Shown here in pieces: positions 20,211-30,666 of a stretch of DNA of 64,000 bases. Made by a program: the position numbers and the translations under genes. The notes beneath the pieces were generated by a model. That model saw only the letters and a list, made by a program, of their open reading frames with translations, searched no databases and was not told where the DNA came from. Origin of the DNA: Candidatus Bathyarchaeum tardum (GTDB lineage Archaea; Thermoproteota; Bathyarchaeia; Bathyarchaeales; Bathyarchaeaceae); contig CP122380.1 of NCBI GenBank assembly GCA_024650005.2, positions 1,792,001 through 1,856,000 of the forward strand, written 5' to 3'. How positions within the stretch are numbered: the first letter of the stretch is position 1; each line of letters begins with the position of its first letter.

Positions 20211-22475
20211 TTATTGACTGCCAGTTGAATCTAAACCTGTTTTGGGGATAGTTATTGTGAACTGAGCACTGTCATTGAATATTCCAGTTTCTTGAATTGA
20301 CCAACCGTATACTTCACAAAGTTTTGCAATTAAAAAAAGTCCGTAACCGCTGCCTTTGCCGTAACCTTCTTTGAATATTTTTTGTTTTTCAGTTTCAGGT
20401 ATGCCGATTCCGTTATCTTCGTAAATTAGTTTAATTCTGTCATTTTCATCTTTCCAATATAGTTTTATTTGGCTAACTTTTTCTCCATGTTTCAAAGAGT
20501 TATCAATCAAGTTATAGAATAACTGTCGCAACAAAGAATCACCCAATACCATCAATCCATCACAATCATTAACGAAGGATATTGTATCAGAACAAGAATG
20601 TAATGCAATTGCTTCATCAAATGTTTCTTTCAAGTTGATGCAGGATAGTTTTTCTTTACCCAATTTTTCGTATATTCTTGAAAACTTGAAAATTTTTTCT
20701 ATTAACTCAACTGCTGATTCTACTGCATCTAAATGTTCCAATACTTTGTCCGGTTGGGAAAGTTGGTTTTTTGCAAGAAAAACATGATTCAGTATTACAG
20801 AAAGTTTGTTTCGAGCATCATGCCGCGTCAGCTTCCCAACTACATCAAGTTTCTCGTTTAAATTCCGCAAGTTATCCAAAGACTCTTTCAATTTATTTTC
20901 TGCTTCTTTGCGCACAGTAATGTCCAGAATTATCCCCCTAAAACCCAATACTTCATGGTTATGAAAAATTGGAACAGAATGCACCATAATTGGAAAAATA
21001 TTTCCGTCTTTTGTTAGTGCATTATACTCAGTAGGTCCAGTAGGTTCACCCCTCAAAAGCCGTTTAATATTTTTGGTGGCAAGATGACGATGCTCAGGAG
21101 CGATAACTTCACTCACTTTGATGCCTTTTTTAAAATCTTGGAGAGTGTAACCAAATCGAACTAAAGCTTCCTTATTTGCAAAAACAAGGGTTCCTTCTGG
21201 GTTGGCTTCATAAATAATTTCAGGAAGCAATTCGCTTAATTCCCTAAACCGTTTTTCACTTTGTTTAAGGGCATTTTCTGCATTTTTTCGTTCAGTTATG
21301 TCTCTAAGAATGCTTACAGCATGCCATTGGTTGTCCAACTTGAACGCTGAAACAGAAAGTTCGGCTGGGAACTCAGATCCATCTTTTTTAAGAGCAGGCA
21401 TTTCAAGAGTTAATCCAACAGGAAACCCTTTTCCTGAAACTTTGAAGTTACTAAACTGCTTCATGCAAGCTTCCTGAAAACGCTTAGGTCCCAAAAGATC
21501 ATGAACACCCTTTCCAATAACCTCTCCTTTTGAATATCCAAATATTTTTTCAGCAGCTTCATTCCAGTACGAAATATTTCCCTTAGGATCCATCAAAATT
21601 ATTGCATCATTTGCCGAACGCATAATCGCCCGAATTTTTTCTTCCGACAATTTCAACGCAGTTTCAGTTTGCTTACGTTCAGTCACGTCTCTGGCCAGCG
21701 CCACTCCCCCAACAATATTTCCATGTGCATCCTTTAATAGATTTGCAGAAAATTCAACGAAAAGTTCAGAGCCTGATTTAGTCATTAGTTTAGATTCGAT
21801 TTTATTTATAAACCCGTTTTTTAGCAAATTTTCTCTTATGTTTTCAAATATGTTATGTTGGCCTTCCGCAACCAGGGTTTGAAAGTGGTTACCAATTATG
21901 TCATCTTTGGAAGAAACGTCAAAGAGCTTCAATGCCTCACGGTTACAATCTGTAATGTATCCATTACGGTCACTGACTATCATCATGTCAGGAGAAGAAG
22001 CAATAATTGCCCGCAATCGCTCTTCTCGGTCCCATACTTTTTTTTCTGCTTTTCTTTGTGATACTACTTGACGAATTCCGTGGGCAAGTTCACAGTAAAC
22101 CGTTTCAGGGTCACCAAATTTGTTAAAGTATCTTTCAGCCCCTAAATTCAACGCTTCAACGGCGACTTCTTCTCTACCTTTTCCAGTAAACAAAATAAAT
22201 GGAATATTATTTCCAGCATCTCTCAGAATTTTTAAAAAATCCAAACCACTTTTTTCAGGCATTTGATAATCAGAAACAACAACATCAAATCGTTTTTTGG
22301 AAATTTTTTGCAGGGCTTCTTTAACTGAACATGCTGTTTCTACATTAATAGAACCTTGTTTTTCTAATATTTGTTTAACAGTTTGTGACAGTCCAACTTC
22401 GTCATCAACACATAAAACCTGAATGTCACTAAATGTTTCTCCATTTTGTATATCTTCAGAAAAATGATTTGTCAT
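20211..22475 (-). CDS. Hybrid sensor: receiver + 3 PAS + histidine kinase
   Basis: CVDDE..VSDYQMP..FTGKG (REC); three PAS repeats ending RDVTERK/RDITERK/DITVRK; RHDARNKL H-box; NLIDNS, DNGIGI, GYGL. Confidence 0.92.
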   Translation of the reverse strand: MTNHFSEDIQNGETFSDIQVLCVDDEVGLSQTVKQILEKQGSINVETACSVKEALQKISKKRFDVVVSDYQMPEKSGLDFLKILRDAGNNIPFILFTGKGREEVAVEALNLGAERYFNKFGDPETVYCELAHGIRQVVSQRKAEKKVWDREERLRAIIASSPDMMIVSDRNGYITDCNREALKLFDVSSKDDIIGNHFQTLVAEGQHNIFENIRENLLKNGFINKIESKLMTKSGSELFVEFSANLLKDAHGNIVGGVALARDVTERKQTETALKLSEEKIRAIMRSANDAIILMDPKGNISYWNEAAEKIFGYSKGEVIGKGVHDLLGPKRFQEACMKQFSNFKVSGKGFPVGLTLEMPALKKDGSEFPAELSVSAFKLDNQWHAVSILRDITERKNAENALKQSEKRFRELSELLPEIIYEANPEGTLVFANKEALVRFGYTLQDFKKGIKVSEVIAPEHRHLATKNIKRLLRGEPTGPTEYNALTKDGNIFPIMVHSVPIFHNHEVLGFRGIILDITVRKEAENKLKESLDNLRNLNEKLDVVGKLTRHDARNKLSVILNHVFLAKNQLSQPDKVLEHLDAVESAVELIEKIFKFSRIYEKLGKEKLSCINLKETFDEAIALHSCSDTISFVNDCDGLMVLGDSLLRQLFYNLIDNSLKHGEKVSQIKLYWKDENDRIKLIYEDNGIGIPETEKQKIFKEGYGKGSGYGLFLIAKLCEVYGWSIQETGIFNDSAQFTITIPKTGLDSTGSQ

Positions 22476-22706
22476 TCAAACCCCTCCAGTTTTGAGCGTT
22501 CCCACGGTTAGATGATAGCTAGAGAGGAACTATAACAATTATGAATCTAAATTACTTACTTAAATGGTTGTTTAATAATTCATCATAAAGTAAAATGCAA
22601 GATTGAAAAATTAAATCAATTAAAGTAAATATTTCATCAAAAAATTTAGTTTTAAACAGAGTGGTTAGAAAAGAAAAAAGGGGTAATGAGCGAGTTTGCT
22701 TTGATT

Positions 22707-23387
22707 CTATGCTGATGTTTCGGTTGCCTGTGAATTTTTCGTTCCTTCCATGTACGTTAGGGCTGCTGAGCGTGCAATGAAAACTCCAAAGATTGGGGCG
22801 ATTGCAGCAGACAGTAACCAACCAATTGTTGGGATATTTCCGATTGCTCCGACGATTACTGCACAAATGAAGATAGCAACAATCCAAAGTATGTAGTTTC
22901 CCCATCCAATTTTTCTGATGATTTCCATTACATCTCCTATTGCGAATACTTTACCGAATTCGTCATGTTTTACCATATTTACTATTGCCATTGCTAGAAT
23001 TATTGTAAGGAAAAAGGCTATCAAAACACCAATTAGAAGAAGGGAAATTGCAAGAAACGTGCTTACTCCAGTTATAATAGGGAATCCAAAACCAGACAAA
23101 ATAAACAAAGAGGCTGCCGGAACAACTAAAACTATTGGAATTATCATCACAATTACTACTGCTATTACGACTTTTAGTCCTTGAACCCATAAGTCAACAT
23201 AGTTTGTTAATGCAGGGAGTTCGTTGGAGTCTTTGGGTTGTTTGATTACTTTTACCAGGTACCCTGTGACTACAAGGTTCACTATGGGTATGATATCCAA
23301 AATAATCAGTATCAGCAAACGACCAAAGTCATTAAAAAGCAACTTAGTATAGTTAAAGGAGTCTGTTAAATTTACATCAAGCTTCAA
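22707..23387 (-). CDS. DUF4013-like membrane protein
   Basis: IIPIVNLVVTGY..LP...LWVQGLK pattern; multiple TM. Confidence 0.75.
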   Translation of the reverse strand: MKLDVNLTDSFNYTKLLFNDFGRLLILIILDIIPIVNLVVTGYLVKVIKQPKDSNELPALTNYVDLWVQGLKVVIAVVIVMIIPIVLVVPAASLFILSGFGFPIITGVSTFLAISLLLIGVLIAFFLTIILAMAIVNMVKHDEFGKVFAIGDVMEIIRKIGWGNYILWIVAIFICAVIVGAIGNIPTIGWLLSAAIAPIFGVFIARSAALTYMEGTKNSQATETSA

Positions 23388-23888
23388 TGTAGTTTCCTCA
23401 AAAACTAGATTGCTAAGAGGGGTAGATTAAATCTTTGGTCAATGATAAATTACAGGCAAGAAACTAAACAAAAATAGGGCTGTTGAATTAGCAGTTTTTG
23501 CAAAATCTTCAACATTTCCATATTCGTTTCTGCCATAACGCCTATTGCTTTTTCGCATTTTCCAGTTAGGTTATAGACCGATTTTTGAGCTACAAGTCAC
23601 AGATAATTAAACCATTTCACTCCAGAAGAATAAGAAGGGAATATACAACACCAGAACTAATCATTACACTAAATGTTTCGTAAATATAGCAGATAACGTC
23701 GTATCCATCAATGCTTTGGTTTTTGATATCAGCAGATATCAGAACATCCATTATAGACGTTATTGTTTGTTTTCGCATTTTTTTATGATTGAACTCTTAA
23801 AAACCAAAGGAACCCCACAACTGTTCCTTTAACTACCATGCCAGTTTAACGAGTTTTTGGGGAATTATATTATATATGGATATCATAT

Positions 23889-24377
23889 TTGGTTTTGGCG
23901 AGTTTGATGTCTGACCTCTCTTCCTCTGAATTGGCCGAAATCGAGTCAAAATTGAAGGGAAAAACCCTTCAAATATACTGGTACTTGCTAAAAGATCCCG
24001 AAAATAGCGTAGGCGTGAGAGAAGTACAAAGAGAGTTAGGATTATCAAGTCCAAGCGTAGCTGCACATCACTTGGACAAGTTGTTGTCCCTTGGTTTAGT
24101 GGAAAAAACAGTAAGAGGAGAATACCGTCTAAATCAAGAAATCAAAATTGGACTGTTAAAGTTCTTTAGCAGAATGGGAAGATTTCTAGTACCCCGTCAT
24201 CTGTTTTATGCCATTTGGTTGTCAACCATGTTTGCAATCTACCTTGTCGTTTACAACTTAGTTTTGTATCAGCCCACGGGTTCACCCCACAACATTGCAG
24301 CAATAATCTTTGGAGTCGTAGCCAACGCCGTATTGTGGCTGGAAACCATCAGACTGTGGAGAGAAAAGCCATTCTAG
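23889..24377 (+). CDS. Winged-HTH transcriptional regulator with two C-terminal TM helices (start possibly 23907)
   Basis: LKGKTLQIYWYLL..GVREVQRELGLSSPSVAAHHLDKL..GEY, then two hydrophobic helices. Confidence 0.82.
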   Translation: MVLASLMSDLSSSELAEIESKLKGKTLQIYWYLLKDPENSVGVREVQRELGLSSPSVAAHHLDKLLSLGLVEKTVRGEYRLNQEIKIGLLKFFSRMGRFLVPRHLFYAIWLSTMFAIYLVVYNLVLYQPTGSPHNIAAIIFGVVANAVLWLETIRLWREKPF

Positions 24378-24437
24378 GGTGTTCTAAAGTGTGGACTTAA
24401 ATGCATCTCATTTACTTGGTAAGGTTGGAAGATAAAA

Positions 24438-24806
24438 TTGAACAAAATTATCCTGTATGTTGGGCTTGCCATCTTACTTGGCACGGTTACTATGGTTGCT
24501 CCCCTAGCCCTGCTTCAAGATGATAGTATGTTTTCAGATGGTTCATACACCCTGAAGTCTTTAGACACTGCAAACGAAACAAGAGGCAATTTCCAAACAT
24601 CGAGTCAAGAGTTGCCATCAGATATGCTAGGGGCACCTGAACCAAATAAAGTTGAAACTACAGGTTTATCAACACCTGAAGAACCTGAAATATGGGGACT
24701 ATTTGGTAGTGATTCAGGTACAGATTTGTCTCCTATTGTGCTAATCACTGTGCCTAGTTTTCTTGTTGCCCTTGGAGTTTTTGTTTTCCTTCGAAAGCAA
24801 GGTTAG
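24438..24806 (+). CDS. Hypothetical protein, N-terminal signal/TM and C-terminal TM anchor
   Basis: Hydrophobic ends with an acidic S/T/P-rich middle. Confidence 0.65.
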   Translation: MNKIILYVGLAILLGTVTMVAPLALLQDDSMFSDGSYTLKSLDTANETRGNFQTSSQELPSDMLGAPEPNKVETTGLSTPEEPEIWGLFGSDSGTDLSPIVLITVPSFLVALGVFVFLRKQG

Positions 24807-24905
24807 TTAGGGCTGTTCTATTTTTTGTACACCATGTTCTAATGCGTAGCATTAAGTCTGCAGTGTTGCATTCAGATAAATATAGAATAGACAAAAGGTG
24901 AAAAC

Positions 24906-26873
24906 ATGAACGATAAAAAAGTGTTCACAGCGTTATTCATAGCGATAATTCTGGTTGTCGCTTCAATACCAGTATATGTTTACTTGAATAATCCCGAAAC
25001 TTCAAACCCAATTAAGTTAAACACGTTTTCTTCTTACGAGGAACTGAAAACTTTTCTTGAAAACACATCAAATTATGGTGAATATTGGCTCAGAAGTGGC
25101 AGCAAAACTTTGGGTCTTGAAAGTTTTTCGTCAGATGCAACAGCTCCAGAACCAGCTGTTCCCGTGGAACCAACGGCTGCTGACTATTCTGAAACCAACG
25201 TTCAAGTTGAAGGCGTAGATGAAGCAGACATCGTAAAAACTGACGGCGAATACATCTACGTTGTTTCTGACACAAACTTAACAATTGTGAAAGCGTTTCC
25301 AGCTGAAGAAGCTCGAGTTGTTTCAAAAATTGTTTTGGAAGGCATGATTTCTGGAATCTTTATCAACGGAGACAAAGTTGCAGTCTTTGAGACCAACTAC
25401 GGTGTTTATCCCCTTTACGAAATAGATTTGGGTTACAAAGCACCTGTCGAAATTGCTCCTTCAGAGGAACCTGACCAGCCAGATGGCAACGACCTTGAAC
25501 CAGTGCCTTTAATTCCGATAGTTTACGAACCCCCAACGACAACTGTCAAAGTTTATGATGTTTCAAACAAAGAAAATCCAGTTTTAACGCGGGACTTTTC
25601 TGTTGATGGAAACTACTTTAGCTCAAGAATGATTGGCGACTACGTCTACATGGTTGCAACCCAATACACGTATCTTTATGAAACGGACGTTTTCTTGCCC
25701 CGTGTTCATTCAAACAACCAAACAGAAACAATCGATGCAACAGAGATTTACTATTACAATAACTCGGACACTTCATATACATTCACCACCGTTGCTGCAG
25801 TAAACATCCAAAACGATGCCCAAGAACCAACTCACCAAACAGTTTTGCTTGGAGGAACCAGCGGAATTTACGTTTCAACAACTAACATTTACATGACCTT
25901 CCCAGATTACAACTGGAACGAAGACGAAGAAATGAAAACAAAAATCTACCGCGCAAAAATCAACCAAGAATCCATAACCTTTGAAGCAGAAGGAGAAGTC
26001 CCAGGATACGTTTTGAACCAGTTCAGCATGGATGAATACAACGGATACTTCCGAGTTGCAACAACTGTCAACAACAATAACTGGCGAACCTTCACTACTG
26101 GGTTAACATCCACAAATAATGTATATGTTCTTGATTTGAACCTTAACCTTGTTGGCAGCTTAGAAGATTTAGCCCCAGGAGAACAAATTTACTCGGCAAG
26201 ATTCATGGGCAACAAAGCTTACATTGTAACCTTCCAAAACGTAGACCCTTTGTTTGTTATTGACTTAACAAACCCAGCTGCACCTACAGTTCTTGGTGAA
26301 CTTAAAGTAACAGGGTACTCGGGTTATCTTCATCCTTATGACGAAACCCATATCATCGGAATCGGCAAAGAAACAGAATATGACTCAGAAAAGGACTTTG
26401 CATGGTACCAAGGAGTAAAAATCTCCCTGTTTGATGTCAGTGACGTTTCAAACCCCATTGAAGTAGCAAAATACGAAATCGGCGACCGTGGAACAGATTC
26501 TCCAATCTTGAATGACCACAAAGCGCTACTGTTTGACAAAGAAAAGAACCTGTTAGTAATACCCGTACTTGTTGCAGAACTTGACGAAAATGACTATGAC
26601 GGCGAAGTTCCCGACTGGGCACGTGGTGAATATGTCTGGCAAGGAGCGTACGTCCTTAACATTTCAACTGCAGGCGTTAACTTGCGTGGACAAATCACAC
26701 ACATGGATAATAATACAGATTTGCTGAAAAGCGGCTATTATTACTACTACAACGGCTACACAATACAACGAAGTCTCTACATCGAAGATGTGCTCTACAC
26801 AGTATCGGGCATGAAAATAAAAATGAACAGTTTGGATACTTTGACAGAAATCAACAGTGTCGAAATCGCTTAA
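24906..26873 (+). CDS. Secreted beta-propeller domain protein (COG4880-like)
   Basis: YSETNVQVEGVDEADIVKTDG, LNQFSMDEY, GEQIYSARF, DPLFVIDL, GYSGYLHP, GVKISLFDVSD. Confidence 0.88.
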   Translation: MNDKKVFTALFIAIILVVASIPVYVYLNNPETSNPIKLNTFSSYEELKTFLENTSNYGEYWLRSGSKTLGLESFSSDATAPEPAVPVEPTAADYSETNVQVEGVDEADIVKTDGEYIYVVSDTNLTIVKAFPAEEARVVSKIVLEGMISGIFINGDKVAVFETNYGVYPLYEIDLGYKAPVEIAPSEEPDQPDGNDLEPVPLIPIVYEPPTTTVKVYDVSNKENPVLTRDFSVDGNYFSSRMIGDYVYMVATQYTYLYETDVFLPRVHSNNQTETIDATEIYYYNNSDTSYTFTTVAAVNIQNDAQEPTHQTVLLGGTSGIYVSTTNIYMTFPDYNWNEDEEMKTKIYRAKINQESITFEAEGEVPGYVLNQFSMDEYNGYFRVATTVNNNNWRTFTTGLTSTNNVYVLDLNLNLVGSLEDLAPGEQIYSARFMGNKAYIVTFQNVDPLFVIDLTNPAAPTVLGELKVTGYSGYLHPYDETHIIGIGKETEYDSEKDFAWYQGVKISLFDVSDVSNPIEVAKYEIGDRGTDSPILNDHKALLFDKEKNLLVIPVLVAELDENDYDGEVPDWARGEYVWQGAYVLNISTAGVNLRGQITHMDNNTDLLKSGYYYYYNGYTIQRSLYIEDVLYTVSGMKIKMNSLDTLTEINSVEIA

Positions 26874-27664
26874 GTCTCAGGATCAGGCTCATGCCTGACC
26901 GACTTTCGCGCAAAGGTCAAATAACCAGTGTGACCAGTCATCAACGTTTGGGGGCGCGTTTTGCCCCTTGCCACCTGCATAAATCGAATCAATGTTTCAC
27001 ATGTTTCGACACAAACAAAACCACATTCATCTAAGGCTTCTGTAACTTTCACAACTTGGTCAATGGTCGGACTAAAAGACACTAACACTCCACTTCCCTT
27101 CAACGCGTCGTAAGCATGAGGAATAACCAACCAAGGGGTAGCCATATCCAAAATTATTGCATCTAAATCTTCTTCTTGGATTCCTTCGGTAATGTCTCCC
27201 TCTTTTAGTTCTACAACATCAAGAAGTCCTGCACGTTCCAAGTTTTTTTTCGCATTTTTCTGAAATTCTTGCCGAATATCATAAGAGTAAACTCGCCCAG
27301 TAGGTTTAATGTAATGGGCAATGGCACTTGTAAGAGCCCCTGTTCCGGTTCCTGCTTCAACTACTCGACTTCCCGGTCCGATTCCACTGTTTAATATGAT
27401 TAGTGAAATGTCTTTGGGGTAAGATATCTGGGTGCGCCTGTTTGTTTTGAAAATGTAATCACGCAATTTTGGCTTTAAAGCGACAAATTCGATATCCATG
27501 CTGCTGGGGATTCGGGTTCCGTATTCTTTTCCGATTAAGTCCCCTAGCTGGATGTAGCCTTTGTGTGTGTGAAAGCTTTTTTCTGCTTCCACTTTGACGA
27601 GGTAAGTTCTTCTTGGATCTAAATAAAGGTAAATGTCGTCGCCTTCAGCAATTAATTCAGTCAT
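26870..27664 (-). CDS. trmI: tRNA (adenine-N1)-methyltransferase
   Basis: FHTHKG, TQISYPKD, EAGTGTGALT, LDMATPW, FSPTIDQ, HTGYLTFARK. Confidence 0.93.
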   Translation of the reverse strand: MTELIAEGDDIYLYLDPRRTYLVKVEAEKSFHTHKGYIQLGDLIGKEYGTRIPSSMDIEFVALKPKLRDYIFKTNRRTQISYPKDISLIILNSGIGPGSRVVEAGTGTGALTSAIAHYIKPTGRVYSYDIRQEFQKNAKKNLERAGLLDVVELKEGDITEGIQEEDLDAIILDMATPWLVIPHAYDALKGSGVLVSFSPTIDQVVKVTEALDECGFVCVETCETLIRFMQVARGKTRPQTLMTGHTGYLTFARKSVRHEPDPET

Positions 27665-28166
27665 TATTATCACACAGGTTCTATCTACGTCTTGACACAA
27701 TCACCCTATTTAACCTAAATGTTAAAACCATGCAAAAAACCCAAAAAATAAACACAAAATAATTTTTGTTTTGTTCTAATTATCTCTCCATCTTCCAAGA
27801 ATATGCAATAAGTTAAACCGAAAAAATATAAAAAATTTTCAAAAAACTGGAGAAAAAATTGAGTTAGGAATATTCAACAGTAAATGTAGAGCCTAAACTG
27901 GTTCTAGGAATGATTAAAACTAGCTCTTTCAGCAGTATTGAAGTGATGACTTCCAGAAAGGTATAGCTACACAGCAGAAAACGGCATTCAAATGGTCAGG
28001 GGACCAATATATATTTGCCATGAAACCGATGTTGAAGAATTGCCCGAATAATCATTTAGTTTTAGAAAAATTCTTACATCCAACATGGTTTTTCTCATTT
28101 TAGCCAAAAGAAGCTTTTTAAAACACTTCCGCATGATAATTCCTCTCATGGGCAGAGGGAAAACAC

Positions 28167-28634
28167 ATGGATGAAAAAGATGAACAGATACTCAAAATTT
28201 TAGCGCGACGTTCAGGTTTGTCTAGCCGAAAAATTTCAAAAATTCTGGGAATGCCAATATCCACAGTGCACAGAAGAATTAAAAAAATGGAACAGGACTG
28301 CATAATCACAGGATACAAAGCCCTGATTGATCATGAAAAAACATCATTGCCAATTGGGGCACTTATGCAGATCAATTTTTCAGAGGCAACTCCAGGAAAC
28401 GGACACATACCCAAAAAAGACATCATTGAAGCATTAACAAGTTTCACAGAAATTGAAGAAATAACTGAAGTTCAAGCAGCAAATTTTGATTTGATTGCAA
28501 AGGCACGATTTGAAAGCCTCAAGAAACTGTCAGAGTTCATAGAAAAAACACGACAAATACAAGGAATTGACGAAACTTCAACAGCCATAATAATTGAAGA
28601 AAAAGTGCTGCTACCTGCACAACTACGAAAGTAG
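28167..28634 (+). CDS. Lrp/AsnC family transcriptional regulator
   Basis: MDEKDEQILKIL..STVHRRIKKME..IITGYKALID HTH plus RAM domain. Confidence 0.88.
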   Translation: MDEKDEQILKILARRSGLSSRKISKILGMPISTVHRRIKKMEQDCIITGYKALIDHEKTSLPIGALMQINFSEATPGNGHIPKKDIIEALTSFTEIEEITEVQAANFDLIAKARFESLKKLSEFIEKTRQIQGIDETSTAIIIEEKVLLPAQLRK

Positions 28635-28972
28635 ATTGACAACAACATTAAATTTGATTTTATAATATAAAAATACCAACTAGGATTTTTAAGATTGCTA
28701 TTTTACTCCATTTCAGCAGGAGATAAAATTTTAACCAAAAAAGTGGACGACTCGTAGCATCCGCAGAAGACGGATAATTAATAGACAATCGATTATTGTT
28801 TGAATGGATTTTTTACTCCAAATATTTGAAAGTTTACAACAGGTAAAGACCGTAAAGTAAATCAAAAAACCCCGGAATGAATTAAATGGAATCGTAGAGG
28901 GCTACAATATCAAAATAGCGGAAGTTAAAAAGGATAAAAATTGAAAAAACAGGTAAAGCTCAATTGGCTTGT

Positions 28973-29485
28973 TTAGACAAGAATGTTTTTTAAATGTTTA
29001 TTCCAGAGATATGCAGCTGCATACCCTGCTACTGCGCCACTTATTATACTCATAATTAGTATTGGCACTGCCAGCCCGGGTTCCATTGGAAGGAGCTCTA
29101 ATAGAACAACGGTAATGTAGTAGCTTAGAAAGCCAACTATAGCCGTGCTCAGGGTCATGGCAACCACTATTTTGAGGGGGTTCACTTTATCCATGCTGGG
29201 ATGAATTTTGAAAATAATAAAGAAAGCATCTACAAGAATCCCATATAAAAAGGCGAAAGCAAAAGTAAACGGTCCTAAAGCAGGTCTCCATAAAACAGTT
29301 AAGGCGCCGTCGATTGCACCCACATATGTTGCACCTATCTTCTTTATGAAAAGGGCGGATATAGCCAACAGAACCGCTTGAACTATGATGAACATCTTGT
29401 CCATAGGAAAAGGTAAAAACACTTTAGTTAACGATATTATAGCTCCAAAAAGTGCAGCAACGAACAACCGTTTAGTCTTATTCAC
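28973..29485 (-). CDS. Membrane protein resembling an ECF transporter S-component
   Basis: AALFGAI first helix, ~5-6 TM, ~170 aa. Confidence 0.55.
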   Translation of the reverse strand: MNKTKRLFVAALFGAIISLTKVFLPFPMDKMFIIVQAVLLAISALFIKKIGATYVGAIDGALTVLWRPALGPFTFAFAFLYGILVDAFFIIFKIHPSMDKVNPLKIVVAMTLSTAIVGFLSYYITVVLLELLPMEPGLAVPILIMSIISGAVAGYAAAYLWNKHLKNILV

Positions 29486-29801
29486 CTATCAATCCCATAA
29501 CTAGAAAGAAGACATCAATTTAAAAAACTTTTCAAACATAAAAATTACATCGAATTTAAATCACTAGTACATAATTCAATTTTGATAAACTCATTATGCA
29601 CACGAAAAAATACTTGCCATAATTATCCTTTGGATAATAATATGTGCATATACATTTTTATCGCGTCCAAATTGATGACTTAACTATTTTGTTCATAATT
29701 GCGGTTGCAGTTACTATACACCGCATAAGGTTATCAACATATATAGTGAAAAAATGTGGATTTACTGAAATGAAATAAGCAAAAAACGATGTAAAAAAGA
29801 G

Positions 29802-30220
29802 TGGAAACAAGTTCTATTATGGTATGGCAGACGAAATTTTGGAGACGGTGAACCTATAGTTATCTTAACATCAGCAGAGGTTGAGGATTTTGGTTATATA
29901 AATAATCTACTGGCAATTTTTGGTAACATTGTTTTTGTCATTTAGCTATTTTGGGTGCTCTCTGGTTAATTAGAAGACGAAAGAGCGAGAAAAAAGTATC
30001 GGAGACTCATTTGTTAACAATAAGTTTGAAATAAAATCCGACGAAGACAAGGTTATCAAATTACTTCGTATTACAGGTGAAAAAATTTATCAATCCATGA
30101 TAACTAAAGAGCTGGGATTTTTTAAATCTAAAACCAGTTTACTTTTGAATGATATGGAAAACAAGGGATTAGTAAGACGTAAAAAAAATGAGCAGAGAAG
30201 TTGTTGTAACTCTTCTGTAA
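29802..30220 (+). pseudogene. Degraded membrane-anchored HTH regulator (COG2512-like)
   Basis: Fragments in different frames: LLWYGRRNFGDGEPIVIL; TM LAILGALWLIRRRK; SDEDKVIKLL..IYQSMITKELGFFKSKTSLLLNDMENKGLVRRK; and after an A8 run, KMSREVVVTLL*. Several frameshifts or stops. Confidence 0.7.
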
Positions 30221-30287
30221 AGCGAAGATACCTAGTATTGAACCATGTTTCAAAGGTAAAACACTTCAAGAATAGAAGATTGATTGA

Positions 30288-30640
30288 TTAAGCTACGCCA
30301 ACAGTTGGAGCCTTTACAAACTCCTCGGTACCGGCATTTTCTAACCATTATTTGTAATCTTTATTCAAGTTTTCATTAATTTCAGCAATTTTTCACTTGC
30401 AATAATAACTATATTTTTTGAGTTTCTTTTAATCCATTTCACGTTTTCCTTCAAAGTCTGTTCGGTGTATTCAAGAATAAAATAAAGCAAGACTTAAATC
30501 CTAACTTTTTTATGCCCACAGATTCAAGTACCAACTTGTCAGGCTTAAGACAATAGAAGATACGCATGTGTATAGAGAGGAAAGATAGATAAGGGAAACA
30601 AAAGACAAAGTTTCTAGTTCAATAACACTATCAATCAAGA
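30288..30640 (-). pseudogene. Possible degraded gene remnant
   Basis: Protein-like fragments in shifting frames (IFYCLKPDKLVLESVGIKK; LEYTEQTLKENVKWIK; WLENAGTEEFVKAPTVGVA*). Confidence 0.3.
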
Positions 30641-30666
30641 ATATTTTGAACGTTCATTACTAATTT

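Noticed and set aside
19999-22475. tRNA as integration site of a genomic island
   Set aside because: No integrase and no duplicated tRNA 3' end seen; argS lies directly at the 3' side.
28634-28970. Repeated TTTTACTCCA and TCCA motifs as replication-origin ORB boxes
   Set aside because: No full ORB consensus or G-string and no cdc6/orc1 gene nearby.
30097-30291. 64-aa ORF as an intact gene or programmed frameshift at A8
   Set aside because: It is the distal fragment of a gene with several other upstream disruptions, so decay is more likely.
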